Shown one piece after another: positions 28,385-37,864 of a stretch of 61,806 nucleotides of DNA. Made by a program: the position numbers and the translations under genes. The notes beneath the pieces were generated by a model. It did not search any database and was not told the DNA's origin. It saw only the letters and a list, made by a program, of their open reading frames with translations. Positions within the stretch are counted from its first letter, which is position 1. Each line of letters begins with the position of its first letter. The DNA lies in NCBI GenBank assembly GCA_964490075.1, contig CAZBBK010000034.1, forward strand, positions 1 to 61,806, given 5' to 3'. The DNA comes from an uncultured Gemmatimonadota bacterium. Its GTDB lineage: Bacteria; GCA-2686955.

Positions 28385-30853
28385 CTACCTCCCCCCCACC
28401 TCGCAGACCCACACCACCTGCCGCCCCGGACTGAAGACCCCTGAGCCGTGTTCCTTGTAGGCCCGATCCCAGAGGTTGGCGAAGGTCAGCGTCAGATCGA
28501 TGCCCGCCAGGCGCTCTCGGAAGCGCAGGTTCCAGTCCGACCAGGCGTCGGTTCCGCCGGGGTCGATCCGGGAGTCGGCGCGGTCGCCGGAAGAGAGACG
28601 GCGCTGGGCGGCCGCCGCACGCACGAAGAGCTCCACCGCGCGCCCCTCGCGGCTCCAGGCGATCCCGCACAGTCCCATCAAGGGCGGGATGCGGCGCATC
28701 GGCTCGGCGTCGGTGAGGTTCTGCCCGTGGCTGTAAGACAGGTTGCCGCGCAGTCGCCAGCTTCCGCTCAGACTCCATGCGGCCGCCAATTCCCCGCCCA
28801 CGATCCGCGCCCGTCCGGCGTTGGTCTTCACCTCGATCGGCGGCTCGCCGGGGTCGGGCTCTCCATCTCCGTCGCTGTCCCAAAACGGCAGTCCCAGATA
28901 GCTGCCGGGACGCTCGACGATCAGGTCGTGGAGATCGGTACGGTACAGGAATGCCTCGAGCCCACCGCCCTCCGCCGTGCGGCGCAGACCGATCTCGACA
29001 TTGACGCTGGTCTCCGGGCGCAGGCCAGGGCTCGGGGCGTCGACTCCGGAATTGGTTGCCTTGAGCGCCACTGTGTCATTGAAGTTGGGAGCGCGAAAAC
29101 CCCACGCCAGCGATGCCAAAAGGTCCCAACCGCCGCCGATCCCCCGGCGGAGCGCGGCACTTCCGGTCCACGGCGCGAAATGAGCTCGGTAACGCCCGAA
29201 GGGCTGCTCGAGCGGAGCGTCGAGGAAGATCCAACTGTTGCGGAGGCCCAGAGACAGCTCGCCGGCGCCGCCGGTGTCGAGATCGGTTGTCACGAACGCG
29301 CCACCGGCATCGGACCGAGAGCCGTCGGGATAGGCCGGGCGGACTTCGGATGAGACATCATTTTGGACTTCGCTAGTTCCCATCCACGAATGCAGGTCTG
29401 CGGCTGCCGGAGCGCGACGGGCCCAGCTGCAAGGCGGCGAAGCCGAAGGAATAGCAGGGCTATTTCGAGGTTTCGCCAACGCAGCAGATGGGTCCGTCCC
29501 GCCCGGCAGACGCGGGGCTGCATTCGTGGATGGGGACTCGCTACGGCGGCTGGCCAGACGGTCGCTGTAGTGCTCGATGCCCCACCTCAGAGCCAGGCTC
29601 TGGCGCGGGCGGGAGGTCGCCTGAAGCAGCAGACCCGCGGTGGCGATCCGATCGTCGTCCACCTGCAACAGATCGGAATCGGTGCGTCGCAGCTCCCGGC
29701 CCTCGCGCTCGAGCTGCACAGAAACGTTGCACTGCAGCTGATCGAGCCAATCCGCCGCGCCCCAGTGGTCGTACTGCGCCATGGCCAGGTAGCGCTCCTG
29801 CGGATCGTACACATAGCGCTCGAACTCCCCCGAGCTGTACTGGTCGTAGCGCGGCACCTCGCTCTGGCGCAGCGCCAGCAGATCGGCGCGCAGCAGGCGG
29901 CCGGGGGCCGGACGCAAGGCGGAGATGGCATGGACACCGAACTCGCGGTAGCCAGTCGGCACCTGGGTCGGGACTCGTCCTCCGGGATCGAGGTCGCCGC
30001 TGCGGCGCAGCGTGGCACCGATGCGGGAGGCCGCGCGTGGTCCCGACAGATCGATCCCCGCGTGTGCGGAGCGCCCCTGGTCGGCCGATGTGTAGCGCAG
30101 GCGCAGGCGCGGCTCGATCCGGGGAGCGGCGCTGAAGGGAGGCGGACTGCTGATCATGTTGACCACGCCGCCGATCGCGTCCGATCCGTAGAGCACCGAT
30201 CCGGGTCCGTGGGCGACCTCGATACGCTCCAGCGCATCGGCGTCGATGGTGCTCATGTACTGGTTGCCGCCGGGGCGGAAGGTCGGCCGATTGAGGCGCA
30301 CGCCGTTGTAGGCGAGCAGCACCTGTTTGCCGATCAGTCCGCGGACGATCGGAGCGCCGTGGCCGGCCGTGGTCTTCTGCACCAGCACGCCGGGCAGCTC
30401 GCGCAGCGCATCGGCGGTGCTGCCTCCCGGGCGCGCCGCCAGCTCCCGCGCGCCGGCCACCGAGACCGCGCCACGCTGCCGCTGCCGCGACTCGGCGCGC
30501 CGCGACGCGGTCACCGTCACGCCGCCGAGATCGAGCGCGCGCGGCATCAGCGCAATCTCCAGTCGCAGCGTCTCGTCGGCCCCGCCTCGCAGCGCTCGAC
30601 CCCGCGCCTGGTAGCCGACATGGGTGGCGATCAGCGAGTCCCGCAGCGCCCCGCTCAGCTCGATCACGAAGCGACCGGCGGCGTCGCTGGAGGCGCCGGC
30701 ACCCCCCTCGGCCAGGTAGACGTTCGCGGCCGGAATCGGCAGCCCGGTGCGCGCGTCCTCGACCCTGCCCTCGATCAGCGTGCCCCGCGCCGCGCCGCAC
30801 AGGAGCACCGCGACCACCGTCTGGGCGCGCATCTTGGGGCGCGGTCGAAGCAT
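28385..30853 (-). CDS. TonB-dependent receptor with N-terminal carboxypeptidase-regulatory-like domain
   Basis: GRVEDARTGLPIPAANV; plug IEVAHGPGSVLYGSDAIGGVVN; GFRAPN; NLWDRAY..PGR; 56-aa insert. Confidence 0.9.
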   Translation of the reverse strand: MLRPRPKMRAQTVVAVLLCGAARGTLIEGRVEDARTGLPIPAANVYLAEGGAGASSDAAGRFVIELSGALRDSLIATHVGYQARGRALRGGADETLRLEIALMPRALDLGGVTVTASRRAESRQRQRGAVSVAGARELAARPGGSTADALRELPGVLVQKTTAGHGAPIVRGLIGKQVLLAYNGVRLNRPTFRPGGNQYMSTIDADALERIEVAHGPGSVLYGSDAIGGVVNMISSPPPFSAAPRIEPRLRLRYTSADQGRSAHAGIDLSGPRAASRIGATLRRSGDLDPGGRVPTQVPTGYREFGVHAISALRPAPGRLLRADLLALRQSEVPRYDQYSSGEFERYVYDPQERYLAMAQYDHWGAADWLDQLQCNVSVQLEREGRELRRTDSDLLQVDDDRIATAGLLLQATSRPRQSLALRWGIEHYSDRLASRRSESPSTNAAPRLPGGTDPSAALAKPRNSPAIPSASPPCSWARRAPAAADLHSWMGTSEVQNDVSSEVRPAYPDGSRSDAGGAFVTTDLDTGGAGELSLGLRNSWIFLDAPLEQPFGRYRAHFAPWTGSAALRRGIGGGWDLLASLAWGFRAPNFNDTVALKATNSGVDAPSPGLRPETSVNVEIGLRRTAEGGGLEAFLYRTDLHDLIVERPGSYLGLPFWDSDGDGEPDPGEPPIEVKTNAGRARIVGGELAAAWSLSGSWRLRGNLSYSHGQNLTDAEPMRRIPPLMGLCGIAWSREGRAVELFVRAAAAQRRLSSGDRADSRIDPGGTDAWSDWNLRFRERLAGIDLTLTFANLWDRAYKEHGSGVFSPGRQVVWVCEVGGR
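29373..29540. repeat. 168-bp palindromic element inserted in frame in the TonB receptor
   Basis: 23-bp TIRs (2 mismatches) CTAGTTCCCATCCACGAATGCAG / CTGCATTCGTGGATGGGGACTCG; core shared with the 11734 element. Confidence 0.85.
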
Positions 30854-30934
30854 CTCGCGATCGTAACTCGCGCTCGTCGTTCGCACTCGATAGGATGCCG
30901 GGAGCGGCGCAGCGCAACGCAGCGAAAGGAAGCC

Positions 30935-32224
30935 ATGCTGGAACGATGGTTCGGTCTCGAAGAGCAGGGCACAAAGGTGCGCACCGAGGTCCTGGCGGGC
31001 CTGACCACCTTTCTGACCATGCTCTACATCGTGTTCGTCAATCCGACGATTCTGGCGGAGGCGGGCATGGATCAGGGCGCGGTGTTCGTCGCCACCTGCC
31101 TGGCCGCCGCCATCGGCACCCTGATCATGGGGCTGGTCGCCAACTACCCGATCGCCCTGGCGCCCGGCATGGGACTCAACGCCTACTTCGCCTATCACGT
31201 GGTGCTGGGGATGGGGCATTCGTGGCAGGCCGCTCTGGGCGCGGTCTTCATCTCGGGCTGCATCTTCGTCGTGCTCTCGGTCTTGAAGGTACGGGAGTGG
31301 CTGATCGACGCCATCCCCGCCTCGCTGAAGCTGGCGACCTCGACCGGAATCGGGCTCTTGCTGGCGGTGCTGGCCCTGCAATCGTCCGGGGTGATCGCCG
31401 ACTCTCCGGTGACCCTGGTGACGCTCGGAAACCTCGGCGAGCCGCGCACCATCCTGGCCTGTCTCGGCTTCATCCTGATCGTCGTGCTCGACGTGCGCCG
31501 GGTGCCCGGTGCCATCGTGATCGGCATCCTGACCGTGACCGCGGCCGCCGCGCTCCTCGGCCTGACCACCTTCCAGGGCGTCTTCGCCGCGCCGCCCTCC
31601 ATCGCCCCGACCTTCCTGGCGATGGACCTCCGCGCCGCCCTCGACATCGGCCTGGTCGGCATCGTCTTCGCCTTCCTCTTCGTCGACCTGCTCGACACCG
31701 CCGGCACCCTGGTGGGAGTGGCGCAGAACGCCGACATGCTCGACGAGCGCGGCCGACTCCCGGGCGTGGGACGGGCGCTGCTGGCCGACAGCTCGGCGAC
31801 GGTGGCCGGCGCGGCTCTGGGAACCTCGACCACCACCAGCTACATCGAGAGCGTGCTCGGGGTGCAGGCGGGCGGTCGCACCGGATTGACCGCGGTGGTC
31901 GTGGCGCTGCTCTTTCTGCTCGCGCTCTTCGTCGCGCCGCTGGCGCAGAGCGTGCCGACCTTCGCCTGCGCCCCCGCCCTGCTCTACGTCGCCTGCGCGA
32001 TGGCCAAGGGATTCGCGGCGATCGACTGGAGCGACGGCACCGAGGCCGCCCCCGCCCTGGTCACCGCCCTCGGCATCGCCCTCACCCTTTCCATCGCGAC
32101 CGGAATTGGGCTAGGATTCCTCGCCTATGCGGCGATCAAGCTGCTGACCGGACGCAGGCGCGACATCACCCCCGGGGTGGCGATCCTGAGCACGCTTTTC
32201 CTGGTCAAGTTCGCGGTGGCCTGA
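30935..32224 (+). CDS. NCS2/AzgA-family purine permease
   Basis: RTEVLAGLTTFLTM.YI.FVNP, ALAPGMGLNAYF, TSYIES..GGRTGLT. Confidence 0.95.
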   Translation: MLERWFGLEEQGTKVRTEVLAGLTTFLTMLYIVFVNPTILAEAGMDQGAVFVATCLAAAIGTLIMGLVANYPIALAPGMGLNAYFAYHVVLGMGHSWQAALGAVFISGCIFVVLSVLKVREWLIDAIPASLKLATSTGIGLLLAVLALQSSGVIADSPVTLVTLGNLGEPRTILACLGFILIVVLDVRRVPGAIVIGILTVTAAAALLGLTTFQGVFAAPPSIAPTFLAMDLRAALDIGLVGIVFAFLFVDLLDTAGTLVGVAQNADMLDERGRLPGVGRALLADSSATVAGAALGTSTTTSYIESVLGVQAGGRTGLTAVVVALLFLLALFVAPLAQSVPTFACAPALLYVACAMAKGFAAIDWSDGTEAAPALVTALGIALTLSIATGIGLGFLAYAAIKLLTGRRRDITPGVAILSTLFLVKFAVA

Positions 32225-32268
32225 GCCGCCGACCGCGGCGTTGCGGCACCACCGCGCCGAGGCCGATC

Positions 32269-32475
32269 CGCAACAAGACGTTGCGACGTTTTGTTTCACC
32301 AGAGAGACGTTTCGTTCCTCTCTCGGTCCCGCCCCCAAGAGGAGGAGGCCCCAGCGGATCTACGCGCGCAACCACCAAGATGTTGCGCGATCGCGTCTTC
32401 CTGGTCCTCCGCCGAACCCTGAGCACGATCTCCGACGGCGTTCGCGCTCGGCGCGAAACACGGCACGATCGATGC
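32269..32475 (+). promoter_or_regulatory. Putative sigma54 promoter with upstream palindromes
   Basis: CGCAAC-N5-GTTGCG (32269-32285) and imperfect copies; CGGCAC-GATCG-ATGC at 32461-32475. Confidence 0.45.
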
Positions 32476-32618
32476 GGTAGCCCAGGATGACTTGGAACAT
32501 CCGTGAGGGATTCCGATACGGGCCGCCGCCTCCTGATGCGGTCGCCTTCGTCAAAGTCTTCTGTCGCCCGAGCTCCAGAGGAAGATCCTCGCTCGCGGGC
32601 AAAGTTTGGGAGTCCTGC

Positions 32619-33632
32619 ATGGATCTACGATTCTCTTTGCCGGGTTTGTGCGCGTTGCTCTGCACGCTCGGCCTGAGCGCCACGACCGCCGAGGCAAAAG
32701 GCCCGAAGTTCGACGTTTACGAGTACGTCGTCGAATCCACGTCCGGCTCCGTGGAGCTGACCACGTCGGCCATCCAGACCGAGGCCGAGAGCGCGGGCTG
32801 GAAACTGCTCGCCACACGCCAGGCCGGCAGCCCTGAGGGCTGTGAGTACCAGGCGATGGTCCTGTCGCTGGTCGAGCCGGCCTTCGCGCAGCAGCTGATG
32901 ATGATCAACGCGGACACCGCACCCTTCGCCCTCGTCGATCGAATCAACATCTTCGAAGACGAGAAGGGCGTGCACGTATCGATCGTCGACCCCCGGTCGA
33001 TCCACCGCACCGTGCTGCTCGACGATCCGGCCTGCACAGAGCCGGCGGCCGAGCATCGCGAGTCGCTGCGCGCGCTGATCACGACGGCCCTCGACACGCC
33101 GGGAGTGGAACGTGGCTACGGCCAGGCCCGCTCCAAGGGCCACATCGGCCGCACCATGGGCGTGATGGCCGGCGGCTCCTTCGACGGCAAGATCAAGGAC
33201 GAGCTCGAAGTGCGCGGGCCCGACTGGCGAACGATCGCCGAGCGCCTTGCCAAGGCGATGCGGGGCCCCGAGTCGGAGTGGGGCATCGAGCTGGCCTACC
33301 GCTACGAGCTGCCGGAGCACAAGACAGTGATCCTCGGCTGCTCAGGCGCTCGCATGGAGTCGAAGTCGTTCTCGATCGTTCGCGCCGGCGCGGACAAGTC
33401 GAGGAAAAAGCTCACCTGCCCCGGCATCGCGCATGCCGGTGCCTACCCGCTCGAGGTCGTCGTCGTGGGGACCGAGGAGGGGGCACGGATCCGCATGGTC
33501 GACGCGATGTTCCGCATGAAGATGTACTTCGAGGACGCCGGCAAGATGGCGTTCATGAAGAACATGGGGATGCCCGGATCGATCGCCGACGCCCTGCGCA
33601 AATCGATCCGTTCCGAATTCAAACAGGACTGA
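32619..33632 (+). CDS. Secreted hypothetical protein (possibly tandem DUF302-like)
   Basis: Signal peptide ending AEA; strong coding bias; Met-rich C-terminus. Confidence 0.65.
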   Translation: MDLRFSLPGLCALLCTLGLSATTAEAKGPKFDVYEYVVESTSGSVELTTSAIQTEAESAGWKLLATRQAGSPEGCEYQAMVLSLVEPAFAQQLMMINADTAPFALVDRINIFEDEKGVHVSIVDPRSIHRTVLLDDPACTEPAAEHRESLRALITTALDTPGVERGYGQARSKGHIGRTMGVMAGGSFDGKIKDELEVRGPDWRTIAERLAKAMRGPESEWGIELAYRYELPEHKTVILGCSGARMESKSFSIVRAGADKSRKKLTCPGIAHAGAYPLEVVVVGTEEGARIRMVDAMFRMKMYFEDAGKMAFMKNMGMPGSIADALRKSIRSEFKQD

Positions 33633-33693
33633 ACGATTCAATGGACCATCAACTCTGCGACCGTCCCTTGCGGCGGCAAATTGGAGTGACTCG

Positions 33694-35103
33694 ATGAAAC
33701 AAGCTATGACTGGCTGCTCGGCCCTCGCCGCGGCGACCGGCGCGCTCTTGCTGGCGCCCGCCGCCCTGGCCACCAACGGCATGTGCCTGGAGGGCTACGG
33801 CCCGATCGCATCCGGGCTCGGCGGCGCCTCGATGGCCTACGACGTCGGCACCGGGGCGATGATGAACAACCCCGCCACCCTCGCTCTGCTGGGCACCGGC
33901 AACCACGTCGAAATCGCCGTCGGCGTGCTCGGCCCCGCGGTCACCACCTCGATTCCCGCCTTCGAGCTCTCCGAAGAGTCGGCGGCAACGCTCTTCGCGA
34001 TGCCGGCCATGGGCTACGTGCGGGGCGGCGAGAAGTGGAGCTTCGGGCTCGGCATGTTCGCGCAAGGCGGCATGGGCACCGACTACGGCTCGGAGTCCTT
34101 CCTCTCGATGACCAGCCTGGGCGAGGCCACCGGTCTGCCGAACATGAGCTCGGTGTCGGTCGGCCGCCTGCTGGCGCCGGTGACCTACCGGGTGAACGAC
34201 CAGCTGGTGCTGGGCGGCTCCGCCGACCTGGTCTACGCCGGTCTCGACATGCAGATGCTGATCGACGGCGCGCAGATGAACGACATGCTGCCGATCACCA
34301 TGAACCCCTTCGCGACCCAGTCGATGGGCGAGGTCATGCCCGACGACGTCTTCGCCGGAATGCTCGGATCGCTCGGCATGCTGCACTACGCCCACCTCGA
34401 CATGAACAAGGAGGGGGACTACGCCTCCGAGGCGACCGCCTTCGGCTTCGCGGGCAAGCTCGGCCTGGTCTACGACCTGAACGATGCCCTCACGATCGGC
34501 GCCACCTACCACCTGAAGTCGGCCCTGGCCGACCTCGAAGGACGGGCGACCATGTCGATCAAGGCCGACTCCACCGGCGGAGCGGCGATGCCGATGACCG
34601 GCGACGTGGCGATTCACGACTTTCAGTGGCCGGCGATCGCCGGATTCGGCGTCGCCTATCACCCGCAGGACAACCTGCTGGTGGCGCTCGACGTCAAGCA
34701 CGTGGCGTGGTCCGGCGCGATGGAGAGGTTCGAGCTGACCTTCACCGCCGACGAGGAGTTCGGCAGCCCATCGATGGACATGTCGCTGAAGCAGGAGTGG
34801 GAGGATCAGATCGTGGTCGCCGGCGGCGTCGAGTTCGGCGTTTCCGACGCCTTCGTGCTGCGCTCGGGCTTCAACATCGGCCAGAACCCGGTGCCCGACG
34901 CCAACCTGAACCCGCTCTTCCCGGCCACCGTCGAAAACCACCTGAGCCTCGGTCTCGGCTGGGCGCCGATCGAGTCGGGCCAGGTCAACCTCGCCTACTC
35001 ACGCGGCTTCGAGGCCGACAACACCAACAGCAACCCGCTGGTCGGAACGACCTCGACCCACTGCCAGGACAACTTCCAGATCAGCTACCTGCACTCCTTC
35101 TAG
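33694..35103 (+). CDS. FadL/OmpP1/TodX-family outer-membrane channel
   Basis: ATNGM.LEGYG..LGGAS.A, NNPATL, GGMGTDY; C-terminal Phe. Confidence 0.9.
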   Translation: MKQAMTGCSALAAATGALLLAPAALATNGMCLEGYGPIASGLGGASMAYDVGTGAMMNNPATLALLGTGNHVEIAVGVLGPAVTTSIPAFELSEESAATLFAMPAMGYVRGGEKWSFGLGMFAQGGMGTDYGSESFLSMTSLGEATGLPNMSSVSVGRLLAPVTYRVNDQLVLGGSADLVYAGLDMQMLIDGAQMNDMLPITMNPFATQSMGEVMPDDVFAGMLGSLGMLHYAHLDMNKEGDYASEATAFGFAGKLGLVYDLNDALTIGATYHLKSALADLEGRATMSIKADSTGGAAMPMTGDVAIHDFQWPAIAGFGVAYHPQDNLLVALDVKHVAWSGAMERFELTFTADEEFGSPSMDMSLKQEWEDQIVVAGGVEFGVSDAFVLRSGFNIGQNPVPDANLNPLFPATVENHLSLGLGWAPIESGQVNLAYSRGFEADNTNSNPLVGTTSTHCQDNFQISYLHSF

Positions 35104-35136
35104 AGGAGCCGGTGTAGCTCGACGGAGTTGACACAG

Positions 35137-35176
35137 AGAAGGGCGCGCCTCCCGCGGGAGACGCGCCCTTTCTTTT
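35137..35176 (+). terminator. Rho-independent terminator, probably bidirectional
   Basis: AAGGGCGCGCCTCCC-GC-GGGAGACGCGCCCTT followed by TCTTTT. Confidence 0.8.
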
Positions 35177-35215
35177 CGGTGCGCCGACCTCGGAGGTCGG
35201 CTCACTCAGGTAGGA

Positions 35216-35692
35216 CTACGGGCACTCCACCCAGTCGTAGGGCCAGGGACCGCTGCTGCAGTTGCCGGTCCAGTAGGTATTGCCGCTGGCCGTCCAGGGG
35301 TTGCGCGAGGCGGTGCCGTCGGTGTAGCCCGAGGTGCAGCACGACTCGCCCGAGATCAGGCTCAGGTCGATGTGGAAGTTGTAGCCGGTGTAGTAGCCGT
35401 CGAGGGCCCAGTCGCAGTCGGAGATCATATCGCGATGGCCGCCGATGTTGCCGCCGCCGACGGTCAGATGCCACTGGCCGCCGTACTGGTCCATCATGCA
35501 GAGCGCGATGTTCAGGGTCGGGCCATCGTAGTAGTACTCCGTGTCGATCACGTCGAAGCCGGCCGCGGTGAGGCCATCGATGATCATCGCCTCATCGGTG
35601 ACGGCGGCCATGCCCGAGCCGCCCACGGAGGCGAAAGCGGAGGTGGAAACGAGCAGCAGAGCTGCGGAGAGAGTCGAAAGGACTGCCTTCAT
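35216..35692 (-). CDS. Small secreted acidic Cys-rich protein
   Basis: SD AAGGAG; signal peptide ending AFA; six Cys. Confidence 0.7.
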   Translation of the reverse strand: MKAVLSTLSAALLLVSTSAFASVGGSGMAAVTDEAMIIDGLTAAGFDVIDTEYYYDGPTLNIALCMMDQYGGQWHLTVGGGNIGGHRDMISDCDWALDGYYTGYNFHIDLSLISGESCCTSGYTDGTASRNPWTASGNTYWTGNCSSGPWPYDWVECP

Positions 35693-36066
35693 GGCTTGCT
35701 CCTTGATCGGCCGAGGCGGAGAGCCTGCCCGGCCGCAGTGCACTCGTGGGGAACTCGACGTCTCGCCGAGCCCGACTGACTGGCTCTGTTCAAACGCGCT
35801 GTCCCCCTGGTTGGGTGCCGTGGATCCTGTCGTGCCGCCCGGGATCGGTCCCATCCGGGCCCGTGGACGCACAGCCTAAGCTCGTGCCGGCGCCAATTCC
35901 ACCGAATTGGTCTGATTCTTCGTTCTTCGCACCTGGAGGCGCGAGAGACCAGCCTCATTCGCCGCCGCGATGAATAGTCCCGCCGCGAGCCGTGTATGGA
36001 CTTCGCACGGCGCTGCGCGTACCGTTTGGCGCCTGTGGAACCGCATCGAAGCCAAGGAGGCATCTC

Positions 36067-36486
36067 TTGACTACTCAGACCATCACCCTCGATCAGATCC
36101 GCGAGCTGGCCGCGGAAAACGGCTACGAGATCGTGGAGGCGAACGACGACAACCACGTGCTGCGCATCCGCGACCTGGACAGCGGCATGGTGCTCACCTC
36201 GGTGCTCGAGGAGAGTGTGCTCTTCAACACGGTGCAGCTCGAGCGCGTCGACCGCTCCCGGCTCGGCCCCGAGCTGCAGTGGACCATGCTCGACGGCCGC
36301 AACGGCATCTCGACTTCCAACTTCCAGCTCTACGAAGGCCCCAGCGGGGTCGCGATCACCCTGAACAACTTCGCCAAGCTGCAGGAGATGGGCCCCGATG
36401 ACCGGGACGACATCCTCTCCTGCTGGGAGTTCCTGGTGGTCGATGCATGGGCCGCCCGCGATCTGCTGCGCGGCCTGCTGGACTGA
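36067..36486 (+). CDS. YjfI/CesT-like chaperone-fold protein
   Basis: SD AAGGAGG with TTG start; acidic, about 139 aa; first gene before pspA; family call rests largely on context. Confidence 0.6.
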   Translation: MTTQTITLDQIRELAAENGYEIVEANDDNHVLRIRDLDSGMVLTSVLEESVLFNTVQLERVDRSRLGPELQWTMLDGRNGISTSNFQLYEGPSGVAITLNNFAKLQEMGPDDRDDILSCWEFLVVDAWAARDLLRGLLD

Positions 36487-36532
36487 CCCGGCGCGACGAA
36501 GCCCCAACCCCGTAACTGGAAAAGAGGAAATC

Positions 36533-37210
36533 ATGGCATTTTTCAAACGCATCTTCCGGGTGGCCAAGGGCAAGGCGAACGCTGCCGCCGAGTCGATCGA
36601 AGACGCCACCTTCGAGACCACGCTGAAGCAGAACATCCGCGACATGGAGGCGCAGCTCAACAAGGTGGTGCGCGCCTCGGCCGACGCGATGAGCAACCTG
36701 AACCGGCTGGAGACCGAGTACCAGACCCATGTCGACCGGGCCGAGGAGTGGAAGAACAAGGCGACCAAGGCGCTGCAGTCGGAGCGTGAAGACCTGGCGC
36801 GCAAGGCGCTGGCCCGCAAGCAGGAATCGGATCGGCAGGTGGCTGCGCTGGAGGCCTCGGTGGTCCAGGCGCGCGATGCTCGCGAGAAGCTCAAAGGGCA
36901 GGTCGACACGCTGCGCGCGAAGATCGAAGAGGCGCGGCGCAACAGCTCCACCCTGATCGCGCGCAAGAACGCGGCGCGCGCCCAGCGCCAGGTGGCCGAG
37001 ACCCTGGCCGGCGTCAACATCGACGACAACGCCTTCGCCGCCCTGAACCGCTTCGAGGAGTCGGTGGCGCGCGACGAGGCGACCACCCGCGCCTACGAAG
37101 AGATGGGCAGCGGCAAGGACACGGACGATCTGGATGCCGAGCTGGCGGCGCTCGACGTGTCGACCACCGACGATGAGCTGGCTCGGCTCAAGGCGGAGCT
37201 CGGCAAGTGA
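36533..37210 (+). CDS. pspA: PspA/IM30 (bacterial ESCRT-III) protein
   Basis: MAFFKRIFRVAKGKAN..IED..LKQNIRDM, W..KA..AL...REDLARKAL, ELARLKAELG. Confidence 0.92.
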   Translation: MAFFKRIFRVAKGKANAAAESIEDATFETTLKQNIRDMEAQLNKVVRASADAMSNLNRLETEYQTHVDRAEEWKNKATKALQSEREDLARKALARKQESDRQVAALEASVVQARDAREKLKGQVDTLRAKIEEARRNSSTLIARKNAARAQRQVAETLAGVNIDDNAFAALNRFEESVARDEATTRAYEEMGSGKDTDDLDAELAALDVSTTDDELARLKAELGK

Positions 37211-37839
37211 GCCAGCTCCTGATCCTGGTTCTGGGGGCGGCCTGCGTGGGACTCGTGTGGGCCGCCTACCGGAGCAGGAAGAAGGAAGAAGAGCAGCAGC
37301 AGGAACAACGCCGGCCCGACGAGCCGAATCTCACCACCCTCAGCGCCAAGGACGCGCGGCGCGGCGACGTCGTCACCATCGTCGGCGCCGGCGACGATCT
37401 CGAAGACCTCTGCTTCACCGTCGACCGCATCGGCCGCTACCGATCGGGACGCGAAGAATGGGGAGAGATCAGCGGCGTCTCCAAGAACCGCCGCGTGTTC
37501 CTGGAATGGATCGACGACGACCGGCTGGAGCTGCTGCTGCGGCGCGACGACGAGCTCTCGCTCGCCGACCTGGGGCTCAGCGAGCAGGATCTGGCGCGCT
37601 TCGACGAAGAAGAGTCCCGCGACAACCGCGCGGTCCATCGAGGGACCGAGTATCGCTACGCCTCCAGCGGCGAGGTGCACTACTCGCGCGACGGCGCCGC
37701 CGAAGAGAGCTACTACGCCTGGGATTTCGCCGGCGAGGGCACGCTCACGCTGTGGATCGAGAAATGGCCGGGAGAGCCCTTCGTAGCGGGCCTCTCGGAG
37801 AAGATCGCCCCCCACGACGTGACCCTCCTCCGGCCCTGA
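37207..37839 (+). CDS. Membrane-anchored DUF4178/YjfK-like protein
   Basis: N-terminal TM; GDVV, Y....W.E, YYAWDF..L.IEKW. Confidence 0.65.
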   Translation: MSQLLILVLGAACVGLVWAAYRSRKKEEEQQQEQRRPDEPNLTTLSAKDARRGDVVTIVGAGDDLEDLCFTVDRIGRYRSGREEWGEISGVSKNRRVFLEWIDDDRLELLLRRDDELSLADLGLSEQDLARFDEEESRDNRAVHRGTEYRYASSGEVHYSRDGAAEESYYAWDFAGEGTLTLWIEKWPGEPFVAGLSEKIAPHDVTLLRP

Positions 37840-37864
37840 CCACCGACAAAGGGGACTACGAGCC

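Noticed and set aside
29363-31381. Long N-terminal extensions of the NCS2 and TonB receptor ORFs
   Set aside because: Each is the shadow of the divergent gene; real starts are near 30935 and 30853
35855-35900. GGACGCACAGCC resembling a c-di-GMP-I riboswitch
   Set aside because: Lacks the GCAAACC/GNRA P2 elements
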